62,685 nucleotides of DNA from a virus (IMGVR_UViG_3300037354_000009:1-62685); one strand, 5' to 3'; counted from the first letter of the stretch, positions 46,386-55,863 are shown. The notes: generated by a model from the letters alone, not told the origin. Numbers and translations are program-made.

Positions 46386-47418
46386 AGGGGCATCCCTCAA
46401 CATCAGATGGGGACACCGTTGGGCACCACCCAAGGGAATCCCTGCAAAGGTACGGCTTCTTCCTGGAGCCTACATGTCCAAGAGCGGGGACGAGGAGGCG
46501 AACTACTATCAGTACATCTCCTTCTACAGTGCCCGTACGAACAAGAGCTTCGTCACCTCCGCAGAATGGGAGCTGAGGAATGGTCGTCCAGAACGTACTG
46601 GTGGGGAGTGCCTAGGTTGGGATGCGTTTGACCAAGAGACATCAGAGGGTGTGGAATCAGCCCACCGTACTGTTTCTCGTCGTCTCATGCATGCCTTCAA
46701 TGGCATCCACCTGGACTGGTACCACCAGGTACCGGTAGAGCGTGATGGCAAGGCCGTGCTCTTCGAGAACGGACCACACAAAGGTGAGCAGATCACCAAC
46801 CAAGAACAATGCACCGGACGCAAGTGCGAGTACTGCTCTGCCAAGATCCCTAAGACCTTTGGCAAGAAAATCCACTGGAGCATGGGCCTCGGCCACCTAC
46901 AGAATCTTGTAGGAGCCATCGACGAGATCGAAAAGGACTGCGCTAACTGTGGTGGTACTGGCAGCGTAGAGAAGATCAGCTGTGACTGTGAAGGGTGTGG
47001 CAAGATCGTGCTGAACGTAGGCGACTTCAATATGGCCAACGAGAAGCAAGCCAACGAGTTCTACAAGCTCACAGGATCTCCATTCAAGTGCAAGTGCGGC
47101 CACACCGGCTGGCTGCTCACACAGCTCGAATGCAACAACGAGCAAGCCAAGTGCAGAGACCCAAAGCCACGGTCACTGTTCGACTGTGACATCGAAGTGA
47201 AGCGTCAAGGAGAAGGTTCTAGCTCGACCGTTCAGGTCGTCCGCTGGACACCTACTGTACTGTCCGAAGATCTCTTGGAGATGGCAAAGCCATACGACTT
47301 CTCTGAGATCTTTGCGCCAGACCCGTTGAAGATCCAAGCTGAAATCCTAGGGATCAGAGGCCCCAAGGACGACAAGCCGCAGTCCCGTGAGTACGGGAAA
47401 GCCAACTTCGACAAGTAG
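46300..47418 (+). CDS. putative single-stranded DNA-binding protein (gp32-like) with Cys-rich inserts
   Basis: KVRLLP and DIEVKRQGEGSSSTV motifs, many CxxC; between primase and polymerase, followed by terminator. Confidence 0.55.
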   Translation: MEYSPNRSLSTSMHGYVTSRTTGSGGRSRGASLNIRWGHRWAPPKGIPAKVRLLPGAYMSKSGDEEANYYQYISFYSARTNKSFVTSAEWELRNGRPERTGGECLGWDAFDQETSEGVESAHRTVSRRLMHAFNGIHLDWYHQVPVERDGKAVLFENGPHKGEQITNQEQCTGRKCEYCSAKIPKTFGKKIHWSMGLGHLQNLVGAIDEIEKDCANCGGTGSVEKISCDCEGCGKIVLNVGDFNMANEKQANEFYKLTGSPFKCKCGHTGWLLTQLECNNEQAKCRDPKPRSLFDCDIEVKRQGEGSSSTVQVVRWTPTVLSEDLLEMAKPYDFSEIFAPDPLKIQAEILGIRGPKDDKPQSREYGKANFDK

Positions 47419-47425
47419 TACTCGG

Positions 47426-47460
47426 AGCCCCGCTCTCATAAGGAGGGCGGGGTTTCTTTT
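47426..47460 (+). terminator. intrinsic terminator
   Basis: GCCCCGCTCTC-ATAAG-GAGGGCGGGGT then TTCTTTT. Confidence 0.8.
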
Positions 47461-47492
47461 CTCTCGATAACCTGCCACAGGAGGGCCGTGCA

Positions 47493-49427
47493 TTGCCTGG
47501 AATGATCCAAGACCTACCGCCAGTAACCTGGGTAGACAACCCAGAAGCGATGATGAAGTTCGTGAACCACGTTCGAGACACCAAAGAAGCAGCTATAGAC
47601 ACAGAGACCACTGGCCTCAACCGATGGAAAGATCATGTGGTCGTTTGGTCTGCCTGCCCAGAAGAGAACTCCAGATACTGCTTCAGCCGAGAGATGCTCA
47701 CCATCTTCGACAAGGAGCTGTCCCAAGACAGTAGCCTGACCTGGTGGCTGACCAACATGACATTCGACTTCTGCATGCTCACCAACTCTGGTGTGCGAGC
47801 ACCAACAGGCCCTGCCTACTGCACCCTGGCCATGGACTGGCTCCACGATGAGAACAGGTCAGGCTTCCACGGATTGAAGGACACTGCTCTTCACTACTGT
47901 GGCCTGAACATGATCAGCTTCAAAGACACCTTCGAGAAAGAGCACAAGGAGGATACGGTAGAGCAGAGGCTTCTCCGTGGACTCAAGAACGACTTCCGTG
48001 GTGCCATCAACTACGCCTCATTCGACGCCTACGCTACCTATCGAGTGAAGGACGTACTGAGAGACAAGCTAGCAGACGAGGAGATGGTGAACAGCCAGTC
48101 CTTGTGGGACTACTACCGTGAGATAGAGCTGCCATTCACAAGGGTACTGTTCAACCTGATCCGCCGAGGAATCATGGTGGACACCGGGTACCTCGAGGAC
48201 CTCAAACCCAAGCTTGCTGACACGGCCATGAGGCTGGAACGTCAGATCAACAAGATAGCAGGTAAAGAGATCAACCTGAAGAGCACCAAGCAGCTTCGTT
48301 GGCTGCTGTTCGAAAAAATGGGACTCAAGCCGATCAAGAAGACGGAGACACAGGAACCATCCACAGATGAGAGCGTGCTGTCCTTCTATGCGGAAGAGGG
48401 CATAGAGATATGCGAGCTCATCACCAAACTCAGGAAGGTGAACAAGATCAATGGCACCTATGTAGAGGGCTTGTCCAAGTGGGCAGACCACGATGGGCGC
48501 ATTCATCCTACTCTCACCCAGCACGTGACTGTCACTGGTCGTCTCAGCTCAGTAGACCCCAACCTCCAGAACGTACCCAAGCCGGACCATGATGATTACC
48601 ACCTGCGAGAAGCCTTCATTCCCAGGCACGGGTATGTCTTCGTCGTGTTCGACTACAGCCAGCTGGAGATGAGGCTGCTGGCACACGAGGCACACGATCA
48701 GAACATGATCGACGTCATCAATCGTGGCTGGGACATTCACGCAGGCACCGCCTGCATCATGTACAACTACGACTATGATGAGCTGAACAAGGCACTGAAG
48801 AAAAAGAAGAACCCTCAGCTTGAGCTCTCCGCACTGGAGAGAGCCATGTGTGATGCTAGGTCAGCAGCCAAGGCCATTGGCTTCGGTCTGTCCTACGGTG
48901 AGGGGCCCAAGAAGTTGGCGAAGAAGCTAGGCATCTCCTACGATGAAGCCCTAGTTAAGATCGAAGACTACTTCCGCCCGTACCCAGACATTCGTCAGTT
49001 CATCAACGATACCCACAGGCTAATCCGCACTGACCAGATGGTTCGCACTGTATCTGGACGTCCACGTAGATTCCCTGCCATGCACACGCTTGGCGGCATG
49101 TCGAAGTGGCACATGTCCGGTGCTCAGCGTGGAGAGCTGGCCAGGGCAGAGAGGCAGAGCGTGAACAGCCGCATCCAGGGGTCAGCAGCGGACGTAGCCA
49201 GGAGGGCCATGATCCACTGTGAGTATGACTCACGTCTAGCAAACCTAGGTGTACAGATGCTTCTTCAGATCCACGACGAACTCATCTTCGAGGTACCTGA
49301 AGAGTCTGTGAAGGAGGCTACGCCTATCATCAAGAACATAATGGAACACCCACTACCCTACGACCTCTCCGTTCCATTGGAGTGCGATGGAGGGTCTGGG
49401 TACAGCTGGGCCTCGGCAAAGGGGTAA
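47493..49427 (+). CDS. polA: family A DNA polymerase with 3'-5' exonuclease (no 5' nuclease)
   Basis: IDTETTG, TVTGRLSS..PNLQN, DYSQLEMR, RSAAKAIGFGLSYG, NSRIQGSAAD, QIHDEL. Confidence 0.95.
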   Translation: MPGMIQDLPPVTWVDNPEAMMKFVNHVRDTKEAAIDTETTGLNRWKDHVVVWSACPEENSRYCFSREMLTIFDKELSQDSSLTWWLTNMTFDFCMLTNSGVRAPTGPAYCTLAMDWLHDENRSGFHGLKDTALHYCGLNMISFKDTFEKEHKEDTVEQRLLRGLKNDFRGAINYASFDAYATYRVKDVLRDKLADEEMVNSQSLWDYYREIELPFTRVLFNLIRRGIMVDTGYLEDLKPKLADTAMRLERQINKIAGKEINLKSTKQLRWLLFEKMGLKPIKKTETQEPSTDESVLSFYAEEGIEICELITKLRKVNKINGTYVEGLSKWADHDGRIHPTLTQHVTVTGRLSSVDPNLQNVPKPDHDDYHLREAFIPRHGYVFVVFDYSQLEMRLLAHEAHDQNMIDVINRGWDIHAGTACIMYNYDYDELNKALKKKKNPQLELSALERAMCDARSAAKAIGFGLSYGEGPKKLAKKLGISYDEALVKIEDYFRPYPDIRQFINDTHRLIRTDQMVRTVSGRPRRFPAMHTLGGMSKWHMSGAQRGELARAERQSVNSRIQGSAADVARRAMIHCEYDSRLANLGVQMLLQIHDELIFEVPEESVKEATPIIKNIMEHPLPYDLSVPLECDGGSGYSWASAKG

Positions 49428-49428
49428 C

Positions 49429-49782
49429 ATGACGTACTCACAGCTGATCACGCAGCTATCTAAGAACACTGGGTACACCAAGAGAGAGCTACGTACAGTT
49501 CTAAGGAACCTAGCAAAGATCATCTCAGAGACCTTGTGTAGTGGTCAGCCAGTACAGTGGGATTCGGTGGGCCTCTTCTTCAATGCACCTGAAGGGGCCC
49601 ACCACGTCCGTAACTACAAGACTGGAGAGCGCTACTGGACCAAACCAAGACGCAGGGTAAAGTACAAACCTAGTACAGGATTAAGGAACAGCGTCAGAAG
49701 ATCAATCGAACTGTTCAAAGAAGAAGAACCCACTGAACGGTATCTACCAAAGGAAAAGGCCCATGGAAAAGTACGCAGTTGA
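49429..49782 (+). CDS. HU/IHF-like DNA-binding protein
   Basis: MTYSQLITQLS...GQPVQWDSVGLF...RNYKTGE...RRVKYKPS; start ATG 49429. Confidence 0.75.
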   Translation: MTYSQLITQLSKNTGYTKRELRTVLRNLAKIISETLCSGQPVQWDSVGLFFNAPEGAHHVRNYKTGERYWTKPRRRVKYKPSTGLRNSVRRSIELFKEEEPTERYLPKEKAHGKVRS

Positions 49783-49927
49783 GATCGACCCGAAGAAGGT
49801 GGAGCAAGAGAAGACGGCGGGTAAGAGCCCACCGAACAACCCCAGCTCCAACATTCCGCTAGACCCTGAGAAAGGATCTGAGCCGTTTGAAAAAGAGAGC
49901 GGAAAAAAAGCACCACAGACCACGTAA
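49763..49927 (+). CDS. small protein carrying EQEKTAG motif (54 aa, not in ORF track)
   Basis: MEKYAVEIDPKKVEQEKTAGKSPPNNPSSNIPLDPEKGSEPFEKESGKKAPQTT; RBS AAGGA. Confidence 0.6.
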   Translation: MEKYAVEIDPKKVEQEKTAGKSPPNNPSSNIPLDPEKGSEPFEKESGKKAPQTT

Positions 49928-50549
49928 GCTAAGTGCCGACAAAGAAAAAGAGATCCTAGAGGGTCAAGACTACTTGTGCGCTATGTGTAGCATTCCCCTC
50001 AAGAGTGAACGGTACCCAGAGGGTAAGAAACGCTGTCACGATCACGATCACAGAACAGGTAAAACTCGTGGGTTTCTTTGCACAAAATGCAACACGACTT
50101 TGGGGGCGCTTGGAGACAACGTCCCCGAGGTCAAAGAGACTACCGAACGCGCTCTGGGCTATCTAACTAGATCAGAGGGTCCGTGGATCTACAATGGCAA
50201 AACGTACACAACAAAGTCAGCAACTATCTACGCCTTTCTGGACGATGAAAAAGCGTACACAGGGGACGTACTGTTCCCTACCCTGGAGACAGCTAGGAAA
50301 AATCTACCGTTTCCAGTCTACCACGGAGACTTCCACGCCAGAGTAGATAACTACTGCAACAAGACAAGAACAGATCAAACAGGTCAGTACACAATAAGTA
50401 GACCTCTTCTCAAATCCGGGAAGTGCGGAAGAGTGTACACCACTGCACTAATCACACCTGAAAATAAGGAAGGCCATGACACCAAAAAAGAAGAGCAAAG
50501 AAAAGACAGCATCCAAGACATCCAGCAACCAAGCATATCTAGTATTTGA
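49887..50549 (+). CDS. endonuclease VII-like (His-Me) nuclease
   Basis: QDYLCAMC...CHDHDHRTGKTRGFLCTKCNTTLG. Confidence 0.8.
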   Translation: MKKRAEKKHHRPRKLSADKEKEILEGQDYLCAMCSIPLKSERYPEGKKRCHDHDHRTGKTRGFLCTKCNTTLGALGDNVPEVKETTERALGYLTRSEGPWIYNGKTYTTKSATIYAFLDDEKAYTGDVLFPTLETARKNLPFPVYHGDFHARVDNYCNKTRTDQTGQYTISRPLLKSGKCGRVYTTALITPENKEGHDTKKEEQRKDSIQDIQQPSISSI

Positions 50550-50820
50550 AGACACGTACGACCCACAAGGTGAGCCCTCTATGTATGATGGAGCCTGCGA
50601 AGAGGGAGCGTTACACGTCGGCGATGCCACTATGGTATTGGCAACGTCTCCAAGAGAAGCAGCGAAGGCGTACAGAGGCGACATACAGGGGCAGTCAAGG
50701 CTAGTGGTAGCTACCGTTAGTAGCTTTACAGCATTCTCCACAGACGAACCAGAAGGACCCAGGCCATTTTTGCTAGTAGAAGAAGAGTCCTACGGAGGAG
50801 CGAGCGATGCCAAAGGCTAA
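50476..50820 (+). CDS. hypothetical protein
   Basis: 114 aa, RBS AAGGAAGG. Confidence 0.55.
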   Translation: MTPKKKSKEKTASKTSSNQAYLVFEDTYDPQGEPSMYDGACEEGALHVGDATMVLATSPREAAKAYRGDIQGQSRLVVATVSSFTAFSTDEPEGPRPFLLVEEESYGGASDAKG

Positions 50821-52117
50821 GAAAGCGCCTGCCCAAGAGGAATTCACCCCCATAGATCGTAATAACATCCCAAGGGTGGACACCGACGAACTCCTGGATT
50901 CTCTTCAGGCGAAGCTTGGAGGAGAGGGGGTGGTCATGCAGAGAGGTGAGGAGGTTGAAGGTCGCTTCGATCTCCGCAGACCCAGTGGCATCCTTCAACT
51001 AGACCTCGCTTGTGGTGGAGGACTTCCAGCAGGTGGCCTGTCTCAGATAGACGGGCTGGATGGCATCGGCAAGAACCTGCTCCTCAATCACTTCCTGGCC
51101 AAGCAGCAGCGCATCCACAAGGAGAACACCAACCTAGCCATGGTGTGCTTCGAGGGAGGCTTCGACAAGCTGTTTGCTCGAGCCCTGGGCGTGAGGGTGG
51201 CTCTATCTGACTACGAGATAGAGGGCATAGGTAGGGAGAGGCACCTCAGAGGACAGCCTGAGCTCACTGAAGAAGAAGTAGCTGACTTGAAAGATCAGAT
51301 TGGCAACTTCCACATCTTCCGTGGTGCTGCTGCAGAAAAGATCTTGGAGGGCGTGGCTGACTGCATAGCCAGTAACTCCTACCAGATCATAGGCATAGAC
51401 TCGTGGGACGCCATGCTCACCCAGTCCGAGGACAACAAAGATCTAGAGGACAACGCCAAGGTAGCAGACGCGTCCAACGTACAGACTCGCTGGATGAGGA
51501 AGGTGTTTGGTGCCCTTGCTCCCCAGAAGATCTGTCCGTCCTGCGGAAGCAGACCGCTAGACTTCAAGGTCTTCGGGAAGGGTGGCTACGAGTACAAGTG
51601 CGGTAACTCCAAGTGCGGATGGAAGGGACAGAAGCCCTTCTTGTGGGAGAATGAGACCACCATCATTGGCCTCCGACAGGTACGTGCGAACATGAAAGCG
51701 TACGGGCACGCCAGAGAGTACAGGACCACTGGTGCCTATGCCCTCCGTCACGGCAAGATGATCGACATCCAGCTCCGCAAGGGCAAGCCCATCACCATCA
51801 AGGACAAGGACGTAGGCAAGGAGATTGTGTGGGAGCTGACCAAAGGGAAAGCAGGTACTCACGAGGGCCTGACTGGTATCTACAGCTACTACTTCAATCC
51901 CCCACAGATCGACATAGCAGCAGACCTGGAGAACTACTGCACCGCCAATGAGGTCATCACATATGGCGGTCCTAAAGCAGGGTTCATGCTCGGTGATATG
52001 AAGCTGGGCAACAAAGAAGAGATGCAGAGGCGCATCGAAGAGGACGAAGACTTCCAATCTCTTCTCAGGATCGAAGCCATCAAACATGCAGGACAGGGGC
52101 ACGTGAGGTACAAGTGA
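50807..52117 (+). CDS. recA: RecA/UvsX-like recombinase with zinc-ribbon insert
   Basis: PSGILQLDLACGGGLPAG, Walker A GLDGIGKN, IIGIDS, QVRAN...TTGAYALRH; CPSC...C...C insert. Confidence 0.85.
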   Translation: MPKAKKAPAQEEFTPIDRNNIPRVDTDELLDSLQAKLGGEGVVMQRGEEVEGRFDLRRPSGILQLDLACGGGLPAGGLSQIDGLDGIGKNLLLNHFLAKQQRIHKENTNLAMVCFEGGFDKLFARALGVRVALSDYEIEGIGRERHLRGQPELTEEEVADLKDQIGNFHIFRGAAAEKILEGVADCIASNSYQIIGIDSWDAMLTQSEDNKDLEDNAKVADASNVQTRWMRKVFGALAPQKICPSCGSRPLDFKVFGKGGYEYKCGNSKCGWKGQKPFLWENETTIIGLRQVRANMKAYGHAREYRTTGAYALRHGKMIDIQLRKGKPITIKDKDVGKEIVWELTKGKAGTHEGLTGIYSYYFNPPQIDIAADLENYCTANEVITYGGPKAGFMLGDMKLGNKEEMQRRIEEDEDFQSLLRIEAIKHAGQGHVRYK

Positions 52118-52656
52118 AAGGCGTGGAACTGGAACTAGGTATTCGATACGTGGGCTTTGGTCTGTCTTGCACCAACTGTGGAAAGGTCAGAGAATCCACA
52201 CGCTACGTACTTAGGGACGCACAGTCGGGCACCCTCCTGCAGGAGGCTCGACTGTGTGACCAGTGCCAAGACAAGGGACACGTGATCAAGTTCAACGTGG
52301 CATCCACAGACCCACGAGCAGCAGTACGAGCTGCTAGAAGAGTAAAGCTATCCAGGAACATGGAGAGAGGGCTAGCCCTGGACGTTGGAGGGGTAGTACA
52401 GCCAGGGTCAGGGAATGGGGATGACAAGGATGACGTTCGGGTCCATGGGGAGTGGCGCTTCGAACACAAGTACACAGACAGCGTCAAGAGCTACAAACTC
52501 GAGGCCACTGACTTGGCTGCTGTTGCAAGGCACGCCAAATTGGCGGGTGAGAAACCAGCTCTGGTGTTGAACTTCCGAAAACTGGGGAAGAGGTTCGTGA
52601 CACTCCCCTACGACCTCTTCTTGGAGATCATGGAGAAGATACGTGGAAAGAACTGA
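52114..52656 (+). CDS. PD-(D/E)XK Holliday-junction resolvase-like nuclease with N-terminal zinc finger
   Basis: CTNC/CDQC; QPGSG...DDV...FEHK. Confidence 0.65.
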   Translation: MKGVELELGIRYVGFGLSCTNCGKVRESTRYVLRDAQSGTLLQEARLCDQCQDKGHVIKFNVASTDPRAAVRAARRVKLSRNMERGLALDVGGVVQPGSGNGDDKDDVRVHGEWRFEHKYTDSVKSYKLEATDLAAVARHAKLAGEKPALVLNFRKLGKRFVTLPYDLFLEIMEKIRGKN

Positions 52657-53521
52657 GCTACTCACAATTGCAGACAGCAAGGACTTCCGTAAGGAGGTCC
52701 TGCAGCACATAGTAATCAAAGATCGTGTAGAGGCGATGCTAGAGGACATGAACGCAGAGCCCGTAGAGCTGCGGGGTGAACTGAGAATCGGAGACGCACC
52801 AAGAAGGAAGCACATCTTCCATGCGTCCGAGATTGGCAGACTCACTGGTAAGACCCTAGACAAGAAGTACCCAATGGGCTGTGGCAGGGCCCTCTACTAT
52901 GGGTACGTGGGAGCTAAGTCTGAGAACTCCTTCGATCCTAGACTCCGCCGCATCTTCGACAATGGTTCGGGTATCCACCTGCAACTGCAGATGTACATGC
53001 ACCACTATGCTAAGAAGCACAAGAAGACGGACAAGTTCCAGGACGAGGTGGGTATCAGCCCAGAGAACAATGCGATGGCAGATAGCTACGATATCTCTGC
53101 CCACATGGACGGCCTATGGGAGTTCACTACTCCCACCATCCACGCCAGAGCAGGACTAGAGATCAAATCCATCAATGACGAGGGCTTCAAGGCCACCAAA
53201 GGCGCACACCAGGAACACATTATACAGGGCACCGTCTACCAGGCATGCCTGGACCTGCCTCTCATGGTGTTCCTGTACTACAACAAGAACGACTCCAGCC
53301 TTGCTGAGTACGTTCAGGTGTTCGATGAGGATAGGTGGAACTCGATCAAAGAGAAGCTCGACTATGTTCGTGGGTGTGCCATGAAAGGAACCGAGCCTCC
53401 ACAAGAGATCACCTTTGGTTGCAGGAACTGCAAGTACGCAGCTGTCTGCAAGCCACCTAAGATGGGACGCGGAGGCCCGTCAGCCCTCAGCACACTCCGC
53501 ACCAGCAGGAAGGGACAATAA
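52643..53521 (+). CDS. Cas4/AddB-like PD-(D/E)XK exonuclease
   Basis: HASE, C.RALYY, G.GIH, HMDG, LEIKS, Q...Y, C-terminal CRNCKYAAVC. Confidence 0.75.
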   Translation: MERTELLTIADSKDFRKEVLQHIVIKDRVEAMLEDMNAEPVELRGELRIGDAPRRKHIFHASEIGRLTGKTLDKKYPMGCGRALYYGYVGAKSENSFDPRLRRIFDNGSGIHLQLQMYMHHYAKKHKKTDKFQDEVGISPENNAMADSYDISAHMDGLWEFTTPTIHARAGLEIKSINDEGFKATKGAHQEHIIQGTVYQACLDLPLMVFLYYNKNDSSLAEYVQVFDEDRWNSIKEKLDYVRGCAMKGTEPPQEITFGCRNCKYAAVCKPPKMGRGGPSALSTLRTSRKGQ

Positions 53522-54123
53522 TGCCAACCACTGAAGCAGAGTACACACACGGCGTGAACATGTACGCCCAAGCCGTGGACAAGGGTGACGCTGACATGAC
53601 CCTGATGGGCTTCCCACAGGCAGAGCGCCCAAAAAGGGGTGAAGAGCTAGCGGACAGACCACAGCTACCAGAACGCATCAGCGATCTGAACATGTCACAG
53701 TTGTTGGACCTATTGACCTGGTACACCGCCTGGTTCGACTACGCCACCAACCTGATGCCAAAGGCCAGGTCGATGAAGACCTCTCTGGAATCCGCCAGAG
53801 ACTTCGCCTGGGCTAAGATCAGAAGAGAGAAGAGGGACGAGAAAACTGTCTCTGACAAGGACGACGCAGCTCGTACCGATCTGAGGTACATCAAGCTCAA
53901 CGCCGACCTGGAGACGGCAGACTACAGATACAACATGCTGAAGGCCATCTCAGAGGGCCTGTACAGAGACATAGAAACCATCTCCCGTGCCATCACAGGA
54001 CTGTCAGATCGATTCAACAGTGAGGGGCACAGGTACACTGGGGAGAAGATAGCTAGCAAGCACGGTGTTGGGCAGTCACACCCAGGCATGAACGTACTAT
54101 CCAGGTTCAGGAAGAAGTCATGA
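53521..54123 (+). CDS. helical hypothetical protein (possible UvsY-like recombination mediator)
   Basis: 200 aa coiled-coil pattern with KTVSDKD; in recombination cluster. Confidence 0.5.
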   Translation: MPTTEAEYTHGVNMYAQAVDKGDADMTLMGFPQAERPKRGEELADRPQLPERISDLNMSQLLDLLTWYTAWFDYATNLMPKARSMKTSLESARDFAWAKIRREKRDEKTVSDKDDAARTDLRYIKLNADLETADYRYNMLKAISEGLYRDIETISRAITGLSDRFNSEGHRYTGEKIASKHGVGQSHPGMNVLSRFRKKS

Positions 54124-54569
54124 GCTACCTGAAGGTGTGGATAGATCGTCTACCACCCTCATCCAACAAGATCTATGTGAGCGTCCCAGGAAAGGGGAGG
54201 TTCCTATCGCCACAGGCGTCAGCCTTCAAGGTGTACGCCATGCGGACGATCCAACAGCAGGGCAGGGTAGCCTTCCTAGGCATGAAGCAGAACGTACCAT
54301 ACGAGTTACGCCTGATAGTGTTCTTCGATCAAGTTGAGTACCTGAAATCTGCGAAGGGAACACGGTATAAGCGTATAGATCTTAGCAACCAAGTTAAGCT
54401 GATCGAAGATACGGTTGCAGCAGCAACAGGCATAGATGACTCGCATAACTTCAGGATGGTCTTGGAGAAGCACTGCGATCCAGACCACCCAGGTATGTAC
54501 GTCACCCTGCTACCCATCTCAGAAGATCGAGTTGGGCTCACCAAGGAGCAGTACGATGCAGACACGTAA
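54120..54569 (+). CDS. rusA: RusA-like Holliday junction resolvase
   Basis: LPPSSNKIY...DLSNQVKLIED...GIDDS. Confidence 0.75.
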   Translation: MSYLKVWIDRLPPSSNKIYVSVPGKGRFLSPQASAFKVYAMRTIQQQGRVAFLGMKQNVPYELRLIVFFDQVEYLKSAKGTRYKRIDLSNQVKLIEDTVAAATGIDDSHNFRMVLEKHCDPDHPGMYVTLLPISEDRVGLTKEQYDADT

Positions 54570-54918
54570 CTACGAAGAGATGAACGTAACAGAGCTGGTT
54601 GCGCTAGCCAGAAGGGCAGGCATCCTGTCGGCCCACCGTGGTATGGGAAGAGAGCTTCTGACAGGGATGCTCACAGAGGAAATAGATCCTGCGGACGTAG
54701 ACAACCCAGACCCAATAGACGAAGAACGAGAGCTCATGCTCTACCTACAAGAGACCCAACCGGACATGATCTTGGGACAGCTGAAGTGTAAATCAGAACA
54801 CTACTTCTGCCCTCTCTGTCCGCCCGCTAGGGTAGCCATGTGTGCCGTCATATCCAGCTCACAAGGATTCAGGGAACGCAACAAGGCCGACATGCTACAT
54901 GGCATTCGGAGGCCGTGA
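54556..54918 (+). CDS. protein with N-terminal Rho-N/HEH-like motif and Cys cluster
   Basis: YEEMNVTELVALARRAGI; start ATG 54556, RBS AAGGAG. Confidence 0.55.
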   Translation: MQTRNYEEMNVTELVALARRAGILSAHRGMGRELLTGMLTEEIDPADVDNPDPIDEERELMLYLQETQPDMILGQLKCKSEHYFCPLCPPARVAMCAVISSSQGFRERNKADMLHGIRRP

Positions 54919-55148
54919 TGCCTTCCTGTGGGTCATGTGGGAATCTAAGAACCTGCTACGTAGTTGATGAAAAGAAGCTGGCTTCGGGATACTATTGCGG
55001 TTCCTGGGTCAGTGCTGCCGAAAGTGTGCTGACTGCACGTGACCAGATCAATGAAGCGTTCGGACCTTGGGCACTCAAGTTCGAACTGCCACCTACTGCT
55101 ATGAAGAGTGTTGTTTCGAGAATGAGGAGAAGACACAAAAATGGCTAG
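54918..55148 (+). CDS. small Cys-rich protein
   Basis: MPSCGSCGNLRTC...YYC; TGATG coupling, RBS GGAGG. Confidence 0.55.
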   Translation: MPSCGSCGNLRTCYVVDEKKLASGYYCGSWVSAAESVLTARDQINEAFGPWALKFELPPTAMKSVVSRMRRRHKNG

Positions 55149-55635
55149 CACCTATACCCGTGAAGAGCTGGAGAACCTGCGCCGATCTGAGATTCGGACC
55201 ATTGCAGTCAGCGATGGATTCGACATGTCCCCCAAGGACGCAGTGAGTGCTCCATCCAAGGACCTGATCGAGTACATCCTATCCAAGCAGGGTGGGGAGA
55301 AGAAGGCTGCAGGTGGCAAGAAGGCTGCTGCCAAGGCTGCTCCTGTCTCCGAGCCGGAAGAGACACCAGAGGAGGCCCCAGAAGAGGCTCCAGCAGCAAC
55401 CAAGACCTCCAAGAAGGAGGAAGCAACCACCGTCACCAGGATCAACAAGCTCGGTGAAGCACTGGACACTGTCCAGGCTGAGATGAAGAGCGAGATTGGC
55501 GACGTCAAGCAGCAGGTCTATGTGCTCATGGCCATGGTCAAGCTGATGCTCGGCACCACCGACCTCGAGCCCAAGGACATCGACGAAGCAATCGAAGCCG
55601 CCAGTGCGGAGTTCGAAGAGCAGGGAAAAGAGTAG
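55141..55635 (+). CDS. Rho-N/HEH-like protein ending in a GGGAAAA slippery site
   Basis: TYTREELENLRRSEIRTIA; acidic linker; coiled coil; ends CAG GGA AAA GAG TAG. Confidence 0.7.
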   Translation: MASTYTREELENLRRSEIRTIAVSDGFDMSPKDAVSAPSKDLIEYILSKQGGEKKAAGGKKAAAKAAPVSEPEETPEEAPEEAPAATKTSKKEEATTVTRINKLGEALDTVQAEMKSEIGDVKQQVYVLMAMVKLMLGTTDLEPKDIDEAIEAASAEFEEQGKE

Positions 55636-55826
55636 GCCGGGATAGCCTAGGCCCTCAGTCTCCACCTCCGGGTACACTCAGTACCTTCAGACAGGAGGAG
55701 CTAGAACTGATGGGCTTTGAGGAGCTGCGAGACATGCTAGATGGGTATGTGATCTACAAACCAGAGAACCTATCCGCTACCAAAGAGCAGCTCCTCGGGC
55801 TTGCCCGTAAGCACTCAGTACGTTAG
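55623..55826 (+). CDS. -1 frame extension of upstream gene (or independent 38-aa ORF from ATG 55710)
   Basis: -1 frame open from slippery site to TAG 55824-55826; encodes TFRQEELELMGFEELRDML, similar to upstream N-terminus. Confidence 0.5.
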   Translation, partial: GKRVGRDSLGPQSPPPGTLSTFRQEELELMGFEELRDMLDGYVIYKPENLSATKEQLLGLARKHSVR

Positions 55827-55830
55827 ATCG

Positions 55831-55863
55831 GAAGGGCCCCCAAACCAGGGGGCCTTTTCTTTT
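55831..55863 (+). terminator. intrinsic terminator ending replication operon
   Basis: GGCCCCC-AAACCA-GGGGGCC then TTTTCTTTT. Confidence 0.85.

Noticed and set aside
49898-49910. A-rich slippery run linking the 54-aa ORF to the Endo VII ORF
   Set aside because: Endo VII is in the +1 frame, not -1, and has its own plausible TTG start
52643-53521. Cas4-like gene suggesting a CRISPR-Cas locus
   Set aside because: No repeat-spacer array or other cas gene seen; solo Cas4-like exonucleases are common in phage recombination modules
54363-54371. GGTATAAG inside the RusA-like gene as another class A promoter
   Set aside because: Intragenic and lacks a clear AAAA element at the right spacing
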